A stretch of 64,000 bases of DNA, from the NCBI RefSeq assembly GCF_006345805.1, contig NC_042998.1, positions 23,126,001 through 23,190,000 of the forward strand. The letters run 5' to 3'. Of the stretch, positions 18,780 to 32,031 are shown piece after piece (the first letter of the stretch is position 1; every line of letters begins with the position of its first letter). Below the pieces are notes generated by a model. The model was not told the DNA's origin. It was given only the letters and a program-made list of their open reading frames with translations, and did no database searches. The position numbers were made by a program, and so were the translations under genes. The stretch comes from Octopus sinensis (taxonomy: Eukaryota).

Positions 18780-19001
18780 CCCTTTCGTTACCGCACTTCT
18801 GTTGAGATGCTCTGGGTTTCTTTTAATTAATTTTAAATATAACAAAAAATTAAGTAAAATAAATTAGTTATCATTCAGCTAGTGTTAGGAACATAAATTG
18901 TGACTAAGGTTTGGTGGAAGATTTTAATTCAGACCTTATGAAAACAAGACATTTGTACTACAGAGCTTGAGGTGGTCTTGGGTGGGTTGGTATCAAAAGG
19001 G
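18780..19001. mobile_element. piggyBac-like MITE, copy 1
   Basis: CCCTTTCG...CAAAAGGG followed by TTAA; body nearly identical to 19022-19236 and 29152-29373. Confidence 0.75.
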
Positions 19002-19021
19002 TTAAATTAATTATTTGTTAA

Positions 19022-19236
19022 CTCTTTTGTCACCATATTTTTTCTGAGATGCTCTGTGTTTCTTTCAATTAATTTTAAATATAACAAAGAATTTAGGAAA
19101 ATAACTTAGTTATTATTCAGCTAGTGTTAGGAACATAAATTGTGACTAAGGTTTGGTGGAAGATTTTAATTCAGAACTTATGAAAACAAAACATTTGTAT
19201 TACAGAGCCAGTTCAGGTGGGTTGGTATCGAAAGGG
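19022..19236. mobile_element. piggyBac-like MITE, copy 2 (adjacent to copy 1)
   Basis: TTAA-CTCTTTTG...CGAAAGGG-TTAA; same family body. Confidence 0.75.
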
Positions 19237-20634
19237 TTAATAGAATGTAAACATTGAGCTGAAAAATCCATTTTCTGTCCAAAAAGGTTTCAACAACCAA
19301 ATACTTGCATGCTATTTTTTTTAATAGCTGTATGTATTTTGAGATCTGCTGTTCTAAAACAGAATTATTTTCTTCTCTTGAAGGCTTATTTATTCTTATG
19401 ACATCAACAAAATTTCAAGAAATATTCTTAGTCTATTTTGTTAAAATAAGTAATAAAAAATAAAGGTAAGATTTAAAAAATAGATAAAAATAATTTCAGC
19501 TACTTTAAAAAAAGAAATTTCTAATTGGAGAGCCGTAGGGAGATTAATGATGATAAACATTATATAATTGAAAGAGATTCTAAAGCTTCAAAAGCTTTTA
19601 AAATCTAGTGTTTAATTCCAGTTTTATAGCATAAACACAGATGAAAAATTAATCTTTCCCTGGACAGAAGGATCTGGTGGATAATCCTTAGAGCTAGGTG
19701 AACTTTGGAAATGTATAATGTAAAATAAGTTGTTCTCTTTAGAAATGTAATGGGATGCAAGCAATAGAATCCAATTCATGAACTGTGAGCCAATCATTGA
19801 ACACCATATCTACTTGGATCAACCACCTCTATCAGTCATTAGGAAACTAGTTTATTGATAGGTAATCAACCATGTTGTGCTGAGACCCCACTCCTCTTTA
19901 GTATTAAGTTCATGAAGGATAAATTACTTGTCTGTGGAAAAGAATAACAGTAAGATGTTCAAATTGGTGAAGAATTGGGTGAGCAATCTAAAGATCAGGA
20001 AACCAAATCTATTTCAAATATTTTGTTGCCTATTAAAGTAGCTGGCCTGATCGCCTAACCAGCAGGGTGGCATCATCCAAAAGCTAAAATAATGAGAAGT
20101 GCATAGTGATCAGTGATGTATAACAACATCCGATAGTCTGGTTGATATTATGACACAGTGATTAAATCAGCAGTCATCATCATCATCGCTTAACGTCTGT
20201 TTTCCATGCTAGCATGGGTTTGACGGTTCGACCGGGGTCTGGGAAGCCAGGAGACTGCACCAGGCTCCAGTCTGATCTGGGAGTGTTTCTACAGCTGGAT
20301 GCCCTTCCTAACACCAACCACTCTGTGAGTGTAGTGGGTGCTTTTTATGTGCCAGACAAGGCTGGCAATGGCCAGGACAAATACAAAATGACTTCAGTAG
20401 TGACATTACCTCAAAACCTATCATTAGTAGTTCAATATCATATTCATTTGGTACGCTAAATTTGTAGCCTGACTTCAATCCCCATTTTCTTCATGACTGA
20501 AACTGAACCAACTTGAACCTCCATCAAATACACTGTATTAAAACAAAAAGAGAGAAAGAAGCAAGGTAACGAGCCAGGTTGGTGTGCTACACACCTGCTC
20601 AAAATCTTGTATCACAATATCGTGGCATTCCATC

Positions 20635-21094
20635 AGATATGATGGTGAAGGTACCAGTTGATCTGATCAATGGATCAGCCTGCTTGTGAAATTAACGTGC
20701 AAGTGGCTGAGCACTATACAGACACATGTATCCTTAACGTAGTTCTCAGGGAGATTCAGCGTAACACTGAGTGTGACAAGGCTGGCCCTTTGAAATACAG
20801 GCACAGCAGAAACAGGAAGAAAGAGTTAGAGAAAGCTGTGGTGAAAGAGCACAACAAGGGTCACCCCTGCCCCTGCTGGAGCCATGTAGAGCTTTAGGTG
20901 TTTTCACTCAATAAACACTCACAACTCCCGGTCTGTGAAAGAGCACAGCAGGGTTCACCTCCACCCCTGTTGGAGCCTTGTAGAGCTTTAGGTGTTTTCA
21001 CTCAATAAACACTTACAACTCCCGGTCTGGGAATCGAAACGGTGATCCCACGATTGCGAATCCACTGCTCTAACCACTGGGCCATTGCACCTCA
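20635..21094 (-). mobile_element. tRNA-derived SINE, family 'D', with an internal ~93-bp tandem duplication
   Basis: Same body as 39555-39938; the gtgaaagagcac...caactcccggtct segment is present twice. Confidence 0.75.
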
Positions 21095-21589
21095 CCATCA
21101 CAATCCATGAGTCAGCAGAATAGCAGGGTCACAGTCAATGCATTGGTATGATGTTAACCCTTTGATATGGAGGTTTACTTGCTAGGCAAGAGATTTGAAC
21201 TGGCACTCTATCAGTTATGACGATGAGGGCTCCAGCTGATCCGACCAATGGAACAGCCTGCTCATGAAATTAATGTGCAAGTGGCTGAGTACTCCACAGA
21301 GATGTGTGCCCTTAATGTAGTTCTCTGGGGGTGGAGGATTTAGAATGGCACAGAATGTGGGAAGGCTGGCCGCTATAGTAGAAGACACTTGCCTAAGGTA
21401 CCACGCAGTGGGACTGAACCCAGAACTATGTGGTTGATAAGCAAGCTATTTACCACACAGTCACAATAATTCTCCTTTTACAATTTTGATACCGAGCTGC
21501 GAATATCTATTGTCAATTAGATTAATTCAAATTTTGAAATAATTACTATAGCTCTTATTCATGGTGTTTACACAGCTTTATCAGGAACT

Positions 21590-21966
21590 ATCAAAGAAGC
21601 TTGAGAGGCAGTTGGATGGAACTTACACTCGCCTCCTTATGAGAGCTCAAAATCTCTTGTGGAAGCGTCATCCAATCAAAGTACAAATATATGGGAAACT
21701 ACCACCTGTATCATCTTTTGTGAAAGGTAGAAGAGTTCAGTTTGCTGGACATTGTTGTAGAGCAGAAAACGAAGTAATTTCTACTCTTCTCCTCCGGAAG
21801 CCATCTACTTGCGATACCAGAGGGTGCACACTCTCCTACTCTGATGTAATCTCCAGGGATACAGGCATCCAGCAACAGGACCTCCGTAATGCTATGATGG
21901 ACCGTGAAGTCTGGCGTAACATAGTAAATTCCATTGTCTTGACCACGGTCAAACAATGATGATGAT
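21590..21966 (+). mobile_element. RTE-like LINE 3' end
   Basis: LDGTYTRLLMRAQNLLWKRHP...RRVQFAGHCCRAENEVISTLLL...DLRNAMMDREVWR resembles an RTE/RTEX ORF2 C-terminus; followed by a (TGA)n tail. Confidence 0.8.
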
Positions 21967-22597
21967 TAATTAATTTTATTTTGGGGGATAATAAACAATG
22001 TGTTCAATATTGTACAATTTTCAAAGGATGAGCGATAATCAAATATGTCACATGTCTATATATAGTATCTACGAAACTGGACTTTACTTGGACATGGGTG
22101 AAAGCTGGCGAAAATATTCTGGCCATAGAAAAATCCGCTTTGATTAATTCCATCAAACCCATGTGAACATGGGAAAGTGGACATTAAAGTGATGGTGATG
22201 ATGATGATGATGATGATGTGTGTATGGATTATCAATATAAAAGTGTGACAGAAGCATAACATAGACATATTTTAACTGTCTCAGTGTTTTCAGGTTTGTC
22301 AGAGGCAGGTATAGTCTAGTTACTAATTAATAATTTTAATTGTAATTCAATATGAAACAAATGACTTTTCACATGAGCATGATTATCCATGAGGTAAAAA
22401 AGGCATATGTAACAATTGTACTAATAAATAATAATAATAATACTAAATTTGGATATACTACACCGTATGTATGTATGTATGTATGTATGTATGTATGTAT
22501 GTATATATATATATATATATATATATAGTTGAAATTTACAGAAAAATAAAAGACAAAGACAGGTCTATTAGTTTGACACCCTGGAAAGTGAGAAAGT

Positions 22598-22633
22598 CTT
22601 TTATGTTTCGAGCCTATGCTCTTCAACAGAAAG
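22598..22633 (-). ncRNA. Minimal hammerhead-like motif (A6 variant) within a repeat
   Basis: Minus strand CTTT-CTGTTGA-A-GAGC-ATAG-GCTC-GAAAC-AT-A-AAAG; stems I and II are perfect 4-bp; the core has U at position 6. Confidence 0.4.
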
Positions 22634-24117
22634 AGATAAGAGAAAATAAACTCAGAGAGAATAAAAAAAACTTGTGGATTTAGCAGTTAATTATGGCGAT
22701 TTGTTGGAAAAAAAAAGGTTTGACAGGAGAGGTAGAAAGAAGGGGGACATGATAAAGTATTGGTGATCCCAAAAGAAAGGTGCGTGTGAGAATGTGTGTG
22801 TCTGGAGAGATGGGCTAGTGACTTTGATGTGTGTGTGTGTGTGCATCTGTAATGTGTGGGTGTGTGGATGTGCAGGTGATGTTGTGTGGTATGGGTGCTG
22901 GGAAGTGGTCAGTGCTAGTGTGTGTGGTGTGGTGCGGGTGGCGTGATGTGGGTGTAGCAGTGTGATAGGTAACAAGGATGTGCATACAGCTGTTTCAGGC
23001 AGCTCCAATTTAAAAGAAACTGCCTGAAACAGATATAATGCACTAATAACTGGACATCCTTGTTTTTTATTCACCTTACTTCGATCTGTGCAGATAATAC
23101 CATACTGACTTGGTGCCTCAACTTAAGTACCTAATTAAACTGAATCTTAATTATTTCTATATATATATATATATATATCATCATCATCATCATTTAGTGT
23201 CTGCTTTCCATGCTGGGATGGGCTAGACAGTTTGACTGGAACTGGTAAGCTGCACCAGGTTCCAATCTGATTTGGCTTGGTTTCTACAGCTAGATGCCCT
23301 TCCTAGCACCAACCACTCTGAGAGTATAGTGTGTGCCTTTTACATATATATATAAATTTTTGAGTTGGATTAATTTCAAACAAACTCTGCTACTAATGAA
23401 TTAATGAATAAAAATTAACTATTTTCTGTTACAAATCTTCCAGTAAACATTTACACATCTATCCAAATTCTTATTTGCAAACTAATTTGTGGTTAGTTGA
23501 GTTTAGAATTGCTTAACCAACTGAAGGGTCATCATCATTGTTCATTCATTTGCAGTTTCTATGCTGGCATGAGTTGAACAAGACATATTGAGATAGTATT
23601 CTGTGGCCTGATACCTTTATTGTTAGCAAGTAAAGTACTCTTTAATCCACTGGTCTTCATGTAACAAAATTGGCGAAATCACCAAGATATGGGATGTATT
23701 CTTTGCAGAAAACGTAAAGAGAAACATCACCAATACTTCATTGGTGTCAATGTGAAGACATAGACACAAGTACTTATATATACAGGGAAAGTGCATGGCT
23801 CAGTGGTTAGAGTGTCATGCTTATAATCGTGAGGTTCTGAGTTTAATTTCTGGACTGGGCTGTGTGTTTTGTTCTTGAGCAAGACACTTTATTTTGTACG
23901 TTGCCCCAGTCCACTCACCTGTAAAAATGAATAGCAGCATCACTGGTGCCAAGCTGTATCAGCCTTTACCTTTCCCTAGGACAACATCAGTTACAGGGAG
24001 AGCAGGGACTAGTATGCTGGTCTTTCACAAACAATCTAGCTTGGACTTGTACCTTGGAGGAGAACTTCCTAGCTGCAATCCCACAGTCATTCATGACTGA
24101 AAGGGGTCTTTGCCCTT

Positions 24118-24157
<40 letters not shown>

Positions 24158-24224
24158 ATGGGCTTCCATATAATTTCCATCTATCAAATATCATTCACAA
24201 GGCATTGGTCAGGGTGAGGCTACA

Positions 24225-24638
24225 TTAAGGCGGCGAGCTGGCAGAATCGTTAGCACACCGGGCAAAATGCTTAGCGGTATTTCGTCTACCGCTATGTTCT
24301 GAGTTCAAATTCCGCCATGGTCGACTTTGCCTTTCATCCTTTCGGGGTCAATTAAATAAGTACCAGTGACGCACTGGGGTCGATATAATCAACTTAATCT
24401 GTTTATCTGTCCTTGTTTGTCCTCTCTGTGTTTAGCCTCTTGTGGGTAGTAAAGAAATAGGTATTTCATCTGTCATTACGTTCTATTCCGCTGAGGTTGA
24501 TTTTGCCTTTCATCCTTTCGGGGTTGATAAATTAAGTATCAGTTACACACTGGAGTCGATGTAATCGACTTAATCCCTTTGTCTGTCCTTGTTTGTCTCC
24601 TCTACATTTAGCCCCTTGTGGGCAATAAAGAAATAAGT
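24225..24638 (+). mobile_element. tRNA-derived dimeric SINE, family 'A', inserted into a family-B SINE with an 11-bp TSD
   Basis: Head aaggcggcgagctggcagaatcgttagc...ttctgagttcaaattcc and two tandem ~190-bp units; gtgaggctaca is duplicated at 24214-24224 and 24639-24649. Confidence 0.85.
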
Positions 24639-25025
24639 GTGAGGCTACAGTAGAAGACACTTGTCTAAAATGCCATGCTATAGACTGGAACCCAAGACCA
24701 AATGGTCTGTCACTGATATTGTGTCATGTTCACAGTAAAACCATCTAATTTCCAAGTATTTTATCTATGTAATTCTAAATAAATATCATAAAGAGATAGT
24801 ATTCACTGTTGTATACAACAGGTCAGTGGATATTCTTAGTTTTTAGTACAGAGCAATAAATACTCTTGTGTGTAAAAGCTATGATAGAACAGACACAGGC
24901 TGCCATTGTATCTGGTAAAGGGAAGGATGGAATAAGCGGGGGAGAGAAGCATCTTTCAACTGCTTAATATCTTAAAAACTGGAAAAGCTCCATTACACTG
25001 GGATATAATGCTCAGTAAATGTTGA

Positions 25026-25026
<1 letters not shown>

Positions 25027-25073
<47 letters not shown>
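25027..25073. repeat. (AAT)n microsatellite
   Basis: Perfect trinucleotide run. Confidence 0.95.
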
Positions 25074-25077
<4 letters not shown>

Positions 25078-26253
25078 AGTAATCTGTGTTATCTTATCGG
25101 CAAATAAATTCATTTTGGACAGAAAAAAAATGTTGTTCATGAATGACTTAACCCCCCCCCCCACCTCAACAATTACAATCTTAACAAATTTATGCTTATA
25201 TTTAATATTGGTAATATACAGCTTTTACATAAAAATAACCCAACATCTTTTTTCATGAATGAAACAAAAATATGTTCTAAACATTCATGGAAATTTTAAA
25301 AGAAGTTAGGTTAGGTAACAACAAATTTTTATTTTAAAATATGAAAAAAAAAGAAAAAGAAAAAAGAAAACAAACAAAAAACAACACGTTTTAAACAAGA
25401 TTCTTATTCATCAATCAACAACAAGCATAATTCATTTGTTTGCAAAGCTGAAAATGTTTTTATATATGAACATATATAATATGTTATATTGACATGAGGA
25501 TTTCATCCACAGGTAAAGCATCACATTAGCTTTGTTAAATAAGTAATTTTTTTATACTTTCTGTAATTTCTACATACAATGTAACATGTTTTATCACAGT
25601 CATTTCTTCCACTTCTGGTTATATTTTTATCATATCATTTCGTTTACATAATTTTTTTTTAGCTCTAAATATTTTTGAAGTTTTATTAGACTGAGCAAAA
25701 AGATTTAATAGATTTATGGATTAACAGATCAAAAGGTACAAAAAAAAAGAGAAGAAAAGAACCTCCAAAGCACAAACCCTTTCTGAAAGCACTGATACAT
25801 TAACAAATCATTAATAAATATATTTGGTCATATTTCATAGAGAAGTACTTTGTACTTGAAAGAGTGTTGTACTTAAAAAAATTTTTGGTTTCTTGTTCAC
25901 TTGCTGGCTTGGGCTAAGAAATAGAAATATACTGTGGTGTCTTTAAGAAATAACAATAAGGCATAACAAGTGACTGTTCCATGTATTGATCAGTCACTGC
26001 TAACAACTAATGAGACACACGTACCAAATAACATGTAAATATAGAATAGGAAATTTAATTAACACATCAGTTATACCTTTAAAATCATCATGAAAAATAA
26101 TTTTAGCAGAAAAAAACATGGACGCTCAGAATTTTTTAAATGCTGTATGTGTGCATATATGTCTAAATATTTGTATATATGTCTAAATATATATATATAT
26201 ATATATATATGTATATGTATGTGAATATATATATATATGTATGTATTATATAT

Positions 26254-26284
<31 letters not shown>

Positions 26285-26878
26285 CATATATATACACACA
26301 CATACAAACATGTATATACACATATGTATATATGTATTTATAAACTCACACACACATATATATATGTGCATATGTCTACAACTATATCTATATCAACTAT
26401 ATTTTATGCCTTGAAACCTGGTACACAGCAAGAAATCTACTTTAAAGACAGTTCTAATTACAGATTAAAGTTAAACATTAAGATACTGAATAAATTATAG
26501 TCTATTGCATATTCATATGTTTAGTTGCTTTTAATAGTAAAATATTTTACCATTTTATACCATTCCTTTTTTTTCATATTTCTGAGTTCTCTACTTCTAA
26601 CAATTAGTGAATGAAAATCCCTTATTCTTCATTCAAATCCTCATGTACATAGTTTTCAATTTATGTGAATATTCCTAATTATAAACTTGAATTTCTTTTT
26701 GTAAAGAGAAATTATTTTTGTTATTTTCTCTATTCTAGTGTTTTTAGTTTAATGAACCATATTATTTGACTGAACAATTGTACATGGTGTGGAATTTTGT
26801 CTTTTTTTTTTGTGTGTGTGAAAATTTTGGATTTTTAAAATTTATCTATATATATGTTAAGACCAAAAATTATTTACA

Positions 26879-27080
26879 TCAAAAAGGTGCTTTTTTTCCA
26901 TGAAAATTCCTATTTTTTATGATTTTTTTACTGCTGTGTCATCATTTTTCAGTGTATTTCAACCAGAAAAATGTTCACTTAAAGAGAATAACAAGCTACA
27001 TAATGCAAAATTTTTACTTTTCAAAAATTCCAATTCTAAAGGGTCGAAACAAACCCGGGCATGCCAGGCGATACTGCTAG
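26879..27080 (+). mobile_element. Possible non-autonomous Helitron-like element
   Basis: Ends in a GC-rich hairpin-like cccgggcatgccaggcg followed by CTAG|T (27077-27081); possible A|TC start near 26879. Confidence 0.4.
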
Positions 27081-27244
27081 TTGTTAATAATTTCCAGTTC
27101 TCTAGTTAGCACCAGAAATGTCTTTCTAGTTGTTGTTGGCTTGTTCTATAGAAGTGGTTCTCAGCTGGGATTCATTTAAGATTTTGTTATTAAACTTTAT
27201 GTGCAATAAAATGGTTATACTTTTACAATACACAAAACAGTTAA

Positions 27245-27465
27245 CCCGTAAGCATTTAGACTGGTCATATCTGGCCAAAATATTCTACCTGTTTTATGTT
27301 CAAACTAGCCAGACCTGGCCTCTCACACCTACCCTACAATGTCATTTCAAAAAATAAACAACCATATCATCAAAATCTCAAAGCTACAAGATAATTCATG
27401 GTTAATTCAAAACAATATGAATAAATAAGCATTACATTTAACAGAGTAATCTGAATGCCAATGGG
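27245..27465. mobile_element. piggyBac-like MITE, second family
   Basis: TTAA-CCCGTAAGCATTTAGA...TCTGAATGCCAATGGG-TTAA. Confidence 0.75.
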
Positions 27466-28934
27466 TTAAGCATTTTATCCTAATGATAAAAATAAAATAG
27501 GATTTTTTAAACACTTAATGACTATGAAGATCCACCCAAGTAAAATAGGAATGAAATGGTTGGAAATTGCTGTTCTAAAGCATTATCTAACAACTGATTT
27601 AAATGCAGCAATATGGTTATACTACTCCGAGACAGCTACAGTGGCTGATCTTTTTGTGTGGAAAACAACCTGTAATCCATCAAAGAGGGTTCTGCCAGAA
27701 AATATATATAGATATGCCCCCTTTTAAAGCCTAGCCAGGCTCATGGGCCCAGTTTCCCGGTTTCTATGGCGTATGTGTTCCCCAGCTGGACGGGACGCCA
27801 GTCCATCATAGCATTACTAATTTTTGCCAGCTGAGTGGACTGGAGCAACGTGAAATGAAGTGTTTTGCTCAAGAACCCAACGTGTCGCCCAGTCCAGGAA
27901 TCGAAACCACAATTTTATGATCATGATGCTGACACCCTAACCACTAAGCCACGTACTTCCACTGGCAAAAGAGAGCATCAGAATATGTATGAAACTTAAA
28001 AAAAATAAGTTCTTGGGTCAATTTGGTTTGATTAAAACCCTTTAAGGCAGTGCTCCAGAATGGTCATAGTTCAATGACAGAAACAAGTAAAATATAAAAG
28101 ATATCTGATTTTCAATAGATCCTTATTAAGGAATAACTTTTGTTTCGGAAGATGCATGGGAATTTAGAAAAATATTTTTAACAAAGGAGGTAAGAAGGTG
28201 TTGTACAAGGCATAAAGTACAGTGAATATTAGTTTGAAAAAATTATTATGAAGTACCGTATTTTAACGCTTTTTTTTTCAAAAATTAGGTCAAGAAAGTA
28301 TGGGAGTTTCTTATGCATAGATAATATTTTAATCCCTTACAAAACCATTTTTCCAAATTTTAACCCCACCCACCAAAAAAAAAAAAAAAAATGAGAGTGT
28401 AATTATTTGGACCTCAGAAATCTATATTTATAAAGAAATGTACAAACATATTTCAACTATAACACTAATTTTATAAGTTAGGCATCAATAACTATAAAGT
28501 AACATAAATCCATTTGTTAAATAAAAAAAAAAGACCTATGAAAATTTATACCACCCAAAGTGTATAATTTTATTGTTTATATATAAAATAAAATTTTAAA
28601 TGATCTCATTTTTGTTTTTACTTCTATAACATTTTCTGTCATACATTCATACGCACAGCAGTTAGCACTTAATAAACTTACATCACATGATTACCTGTAC
28701 AGTGTATTTGTCTTATACACTGTTTAAGATGCACAGAGAAATAAAATGCATTTTACTTTTCAAAATTTTTCTACAAAAAATTTAATTTACACAGCATGAA
28801 GACACTGGATTCTGGTGATAAATGTTTGGTTGTTCAAAAAGATGAACTATATATACACACACATATATATCTATATCTATCTATATATATATATAGTTGA
28901 ATGTACACAGAGTATGATTATGAGTTACATATAG

Positions 28935-29060
28935 TTTCATATAGTGAAGATATTATCTAGGCAGGTTTTAAAACACACCTGTCTCTCTAAGCCTGAAGAT
29001 TAATTGGAGACATTCGGCATATTTTAAAACCCGCTGAGATAACGTCTTCAATGTATGAAA
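28935..29060. repeat. Degenerate inverted repeat (arms about 50 bp)
   Basis: tttcatatagtgaagatattatctaggcaggttttaaaa vs reverse complement tttcatacattgaagacgttatctcagcgggttttaaaa. Confidence 0.6.
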
Positions 29061-29151
29061 TGATAAATAGCTCACAACTAAATATTGTGTGTGCTGAAAA
29101 ATATTTAATTCTCACCGGATGGAGTATTTTTTATTGTTGTTCTTACTATAA

Positions 29152-29373
29152 CCCTTTCGTTACTGTATTTATTTTGAGATGCTCTGTGTTTCTTTCAATC
29201 AATTTTAAATATAACAAAGAATTTAGTGAAATAACTTAGTTATCATTCAGCTAGGGTTAGGGACATAAATTGTGACTAAGGTTTGGTGGAAGATTTTAAT
29301 TCAAAACTTATGAAAACAAGACATTTGTACTACAGAGCCAGAGCTGGTTTCGGCCGGGTTGGTAATGAAAGGG
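29152..29373. mobile_element. piggyBac-like MITE, copy 3
   Basis: ATAA-CCCTTTCGTTAC...GTAATGAAAGGG-TTAA; same body as 18780. Confidence 0.8.
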
Positions 29374-29387
29374 TTAACGGAAAAGAA

Positions 29388-29418
<31 letters not shown>

Positions 29419-30829
29419 TATAGGATCACTAAACAATCTATGCTACTGAGTTAAAAATCAACATTTCATAAAAATTGATAGACAGGAATATAATTTGGAC
29501 TTCTTTCTGCCTTTTAGCTTTTGATAACAAAACTCTTAAAACAGATGTTTGACATATTTTATGCCTAAAATCAAATACCCAAGCAGATTTGTTGTTCTTA
29601 AATGTGTAATTTTATAATTGCCAAAAACAACAAAAAATACATGTGATTTAAAAACACCAATAAATAAACTTTTTGATTTGAAAGAAATATTGAACTTTTA
29701 AATTAAGAAATGTTTATGTTTGTGTATGTGTGTGTGTATTAATTTAGGAAAAAAAAAAATTAATTTTCTTCATAAGACATTTTCTGTTATGGTAACGAGT
29801 AGCACCCTAAACGTAGTGAATGAAGTGATTTATGTCTGTGATGGCCTGAAGCACTTAACAAAAGCTTTCTGGTACTGAAGACCAAATAAAAGACACACTC
29901 AGTTTTGATATCTACTGCTGTTGTTTCATTTGGATGAAAAATAAAAATCTTTAAAAATATTTCACAATTTCATATAAGCAGAGTTAATTTGTAACATAGA
30001 AGAGTGCTTTCTAATATTGCTTAATTTTTTAAAATTCATTTAAAAAAAAAAATTTTTAAGTTTAAAAAAATAATTTTTTTAAAAATCATGATTGAACCCA
30101 TCCATAAAAAAAAACATTCTTGAAAAAAGTTATATTAGGTTTATTTTCAACAACAATAAACTGAATTCATCATTAAAGATAAAATAATTAGTCATTAATT
30201 ACTAATGACTCGCACCGTTTCATTCAAATTCATGTACTCATAATTTTCGAAAATTATTTTATAATTCATACTTTTTTTCTCAATTAAGTAGAAGCATTCT
30301 TTCTCGAGAATTAATTCTGTGGACAAAACAATAGATAAATATTTGGACCATATACAATTATTATGTACATATTTTTGGATATTTTGGATTCAGTTTGCTC
30401 ATATGTGACATATGAAACAGATAAAGACAGCTCATTTGTTGGTTTTTTCAAATTCCAATGGACTAAAAGTATTTTTTTCAACAAAAATAATATTCTTTTT
30501 AGTAATACTTTATATTTTGTCATTTGAAACAAAATATGCAATTATATATATAAATATATATATGAAAATATATATTTTAATATACATATATGGATATATA
30601 TATATATTTATATTTATATATATATATGTATATATATCAACGTAGCTTCAATCTTTTATTTCTTTCATTCTGGAAGAATAGATATGGTGGGGTTTTTTCT
30701 GTAGATGCCTTACAATAGATATTACCGAAAGTAAATGCAGTCTTCTGCGCATAGTAAAGTATCTTTGGAACATGAATGGATGGAAACTTGAAAGACAGGA
30801 GATGCCAATGTAGGTTGAAATGGTAGTTC

Positions 30830-30905
30830 TTATTCAAAGATTAATGTTACCAGAAGCATACAAGCAATGCCTGCAATGATGCAAATTATTTGTTTCGCTG
30901 ACTGC
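30830..30905 (-). CDS. SLC39A13: SLC39A13 (ZIP13) last coding exon: (K)QSAKQIICIIAGIACMLLVTLIFE*
   Basis: Polypyrimidine tract plus CAG acceptor; phase 2 matches the previous exon; hydrophobic final helix like the ZIP13 C-terminus; TAA at 30830-30832. Confidence 0.85.
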
Positions 30906-31190
30906 CTGTAATAGAAATAAAAATCAAAAGAAATATGTTAAAGATATTTCAGAAGCAGATTTCAACAACAGAAGCACATTATTTATTCATTTAGATTTTG
31001 TGCGTTTTAAAGATGACAAAATATAATGTTCTTTTAGTTCATTTCTACATGATACACACAATACGCACACACATTTATATTACATATAGACACACACACA
31101 CATTTACATGTGGTTCCACATTAAAGTGCCTATGGAGTGCCTTGTAGAAGCACCTGTACAGTGTCAAATACAAGCGCCTGTGTGATACCA

Positions 31191-32031
31191 TATAAAAAGC
31201 GCCCATGCAGCACCACATAAAAAGCGCCAGAACAACATGATGTAAAGGCATGCATGTGGTGCCACATAAAAGTGTCTGTGCGACACTACATAAAAAGCGC
31301 CCATGCAGCACCACATAAAAAGTGCCAGAACAACATGATGTAAAGGCATGCATGTGGTGCCACATAAAAGTGTCTGTGCGACACTACATAAAAAGCGCCC
31401 ATGCAGCACCACATAAAAAGCGCCAGAACAACATGATGTAAAGGCATGCATGTGGTGCCACATAAAAGTGTCTGTGCGACACTACATAAAAAGCGCCCAT
31501 GCAGCACCACATAAAAAGTGCCAGAACAACATGATGTAAAGGCATGCATGTGGTGCCACATAAAAGTGTCTGTGCGACACTACATAAAAAGCGCCCATGC
31601 AGCACCACATAAAAAGCACCAGAACAACATGATGTAAAGGCATGCATGTGGTGCCACATAAAAGTGTCTGTGCGACACTACATAAAAAGCGCCCATGCAG
31701 CACCACATAAAAAGCGCCAGAACGACATGATGTAAAGGCATGCATGTGGTGCCACATAAAAGTGTCTGTGCGACACTACATAAAAAGCGCCCATGCAGCA
31801 CCACATAAAAAGCACCAGAACAACATGATGTAAAGGCATGCATGTGGTGCCACATAAAAGTGTCTGTGCGACACTACATAAAAAGCGCCCATGCAGCACC
31901 ACATAAAAAGCGCCAGAACGACATGATGTAAAGGCATGCATGTGGTGCCACATAAAAGTGTCTGTGAGACACAACATAAAAAAGCACCAGAATCACATGA
32001 TGTAAAGGCACCCAAATGGTGCCACATAAAA
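31191..32031. repeat. 98-bp tandem array, 8 full copies plus a degenerate partial one
   Basis: Unit cataaaaagcgcccatgcagcaccacataaaaagcgccagaacaacatgatgtaaaggcatgcatgtggtgccacataaaagtgtctgtgcgacacta starts at 31191, 31289, 31387 ... 31877. Confidence 0.95.

Noticed and set aside
31191-32031. CRISPR array, or a repetitive protein from the stacked 91-99 aa ORFs
   Set aside because: Units are contiguous with no unique spacers, and the context is eukaryotic. The ORFs shift frame every 98 bp and are artefacts of the tandem repeat.
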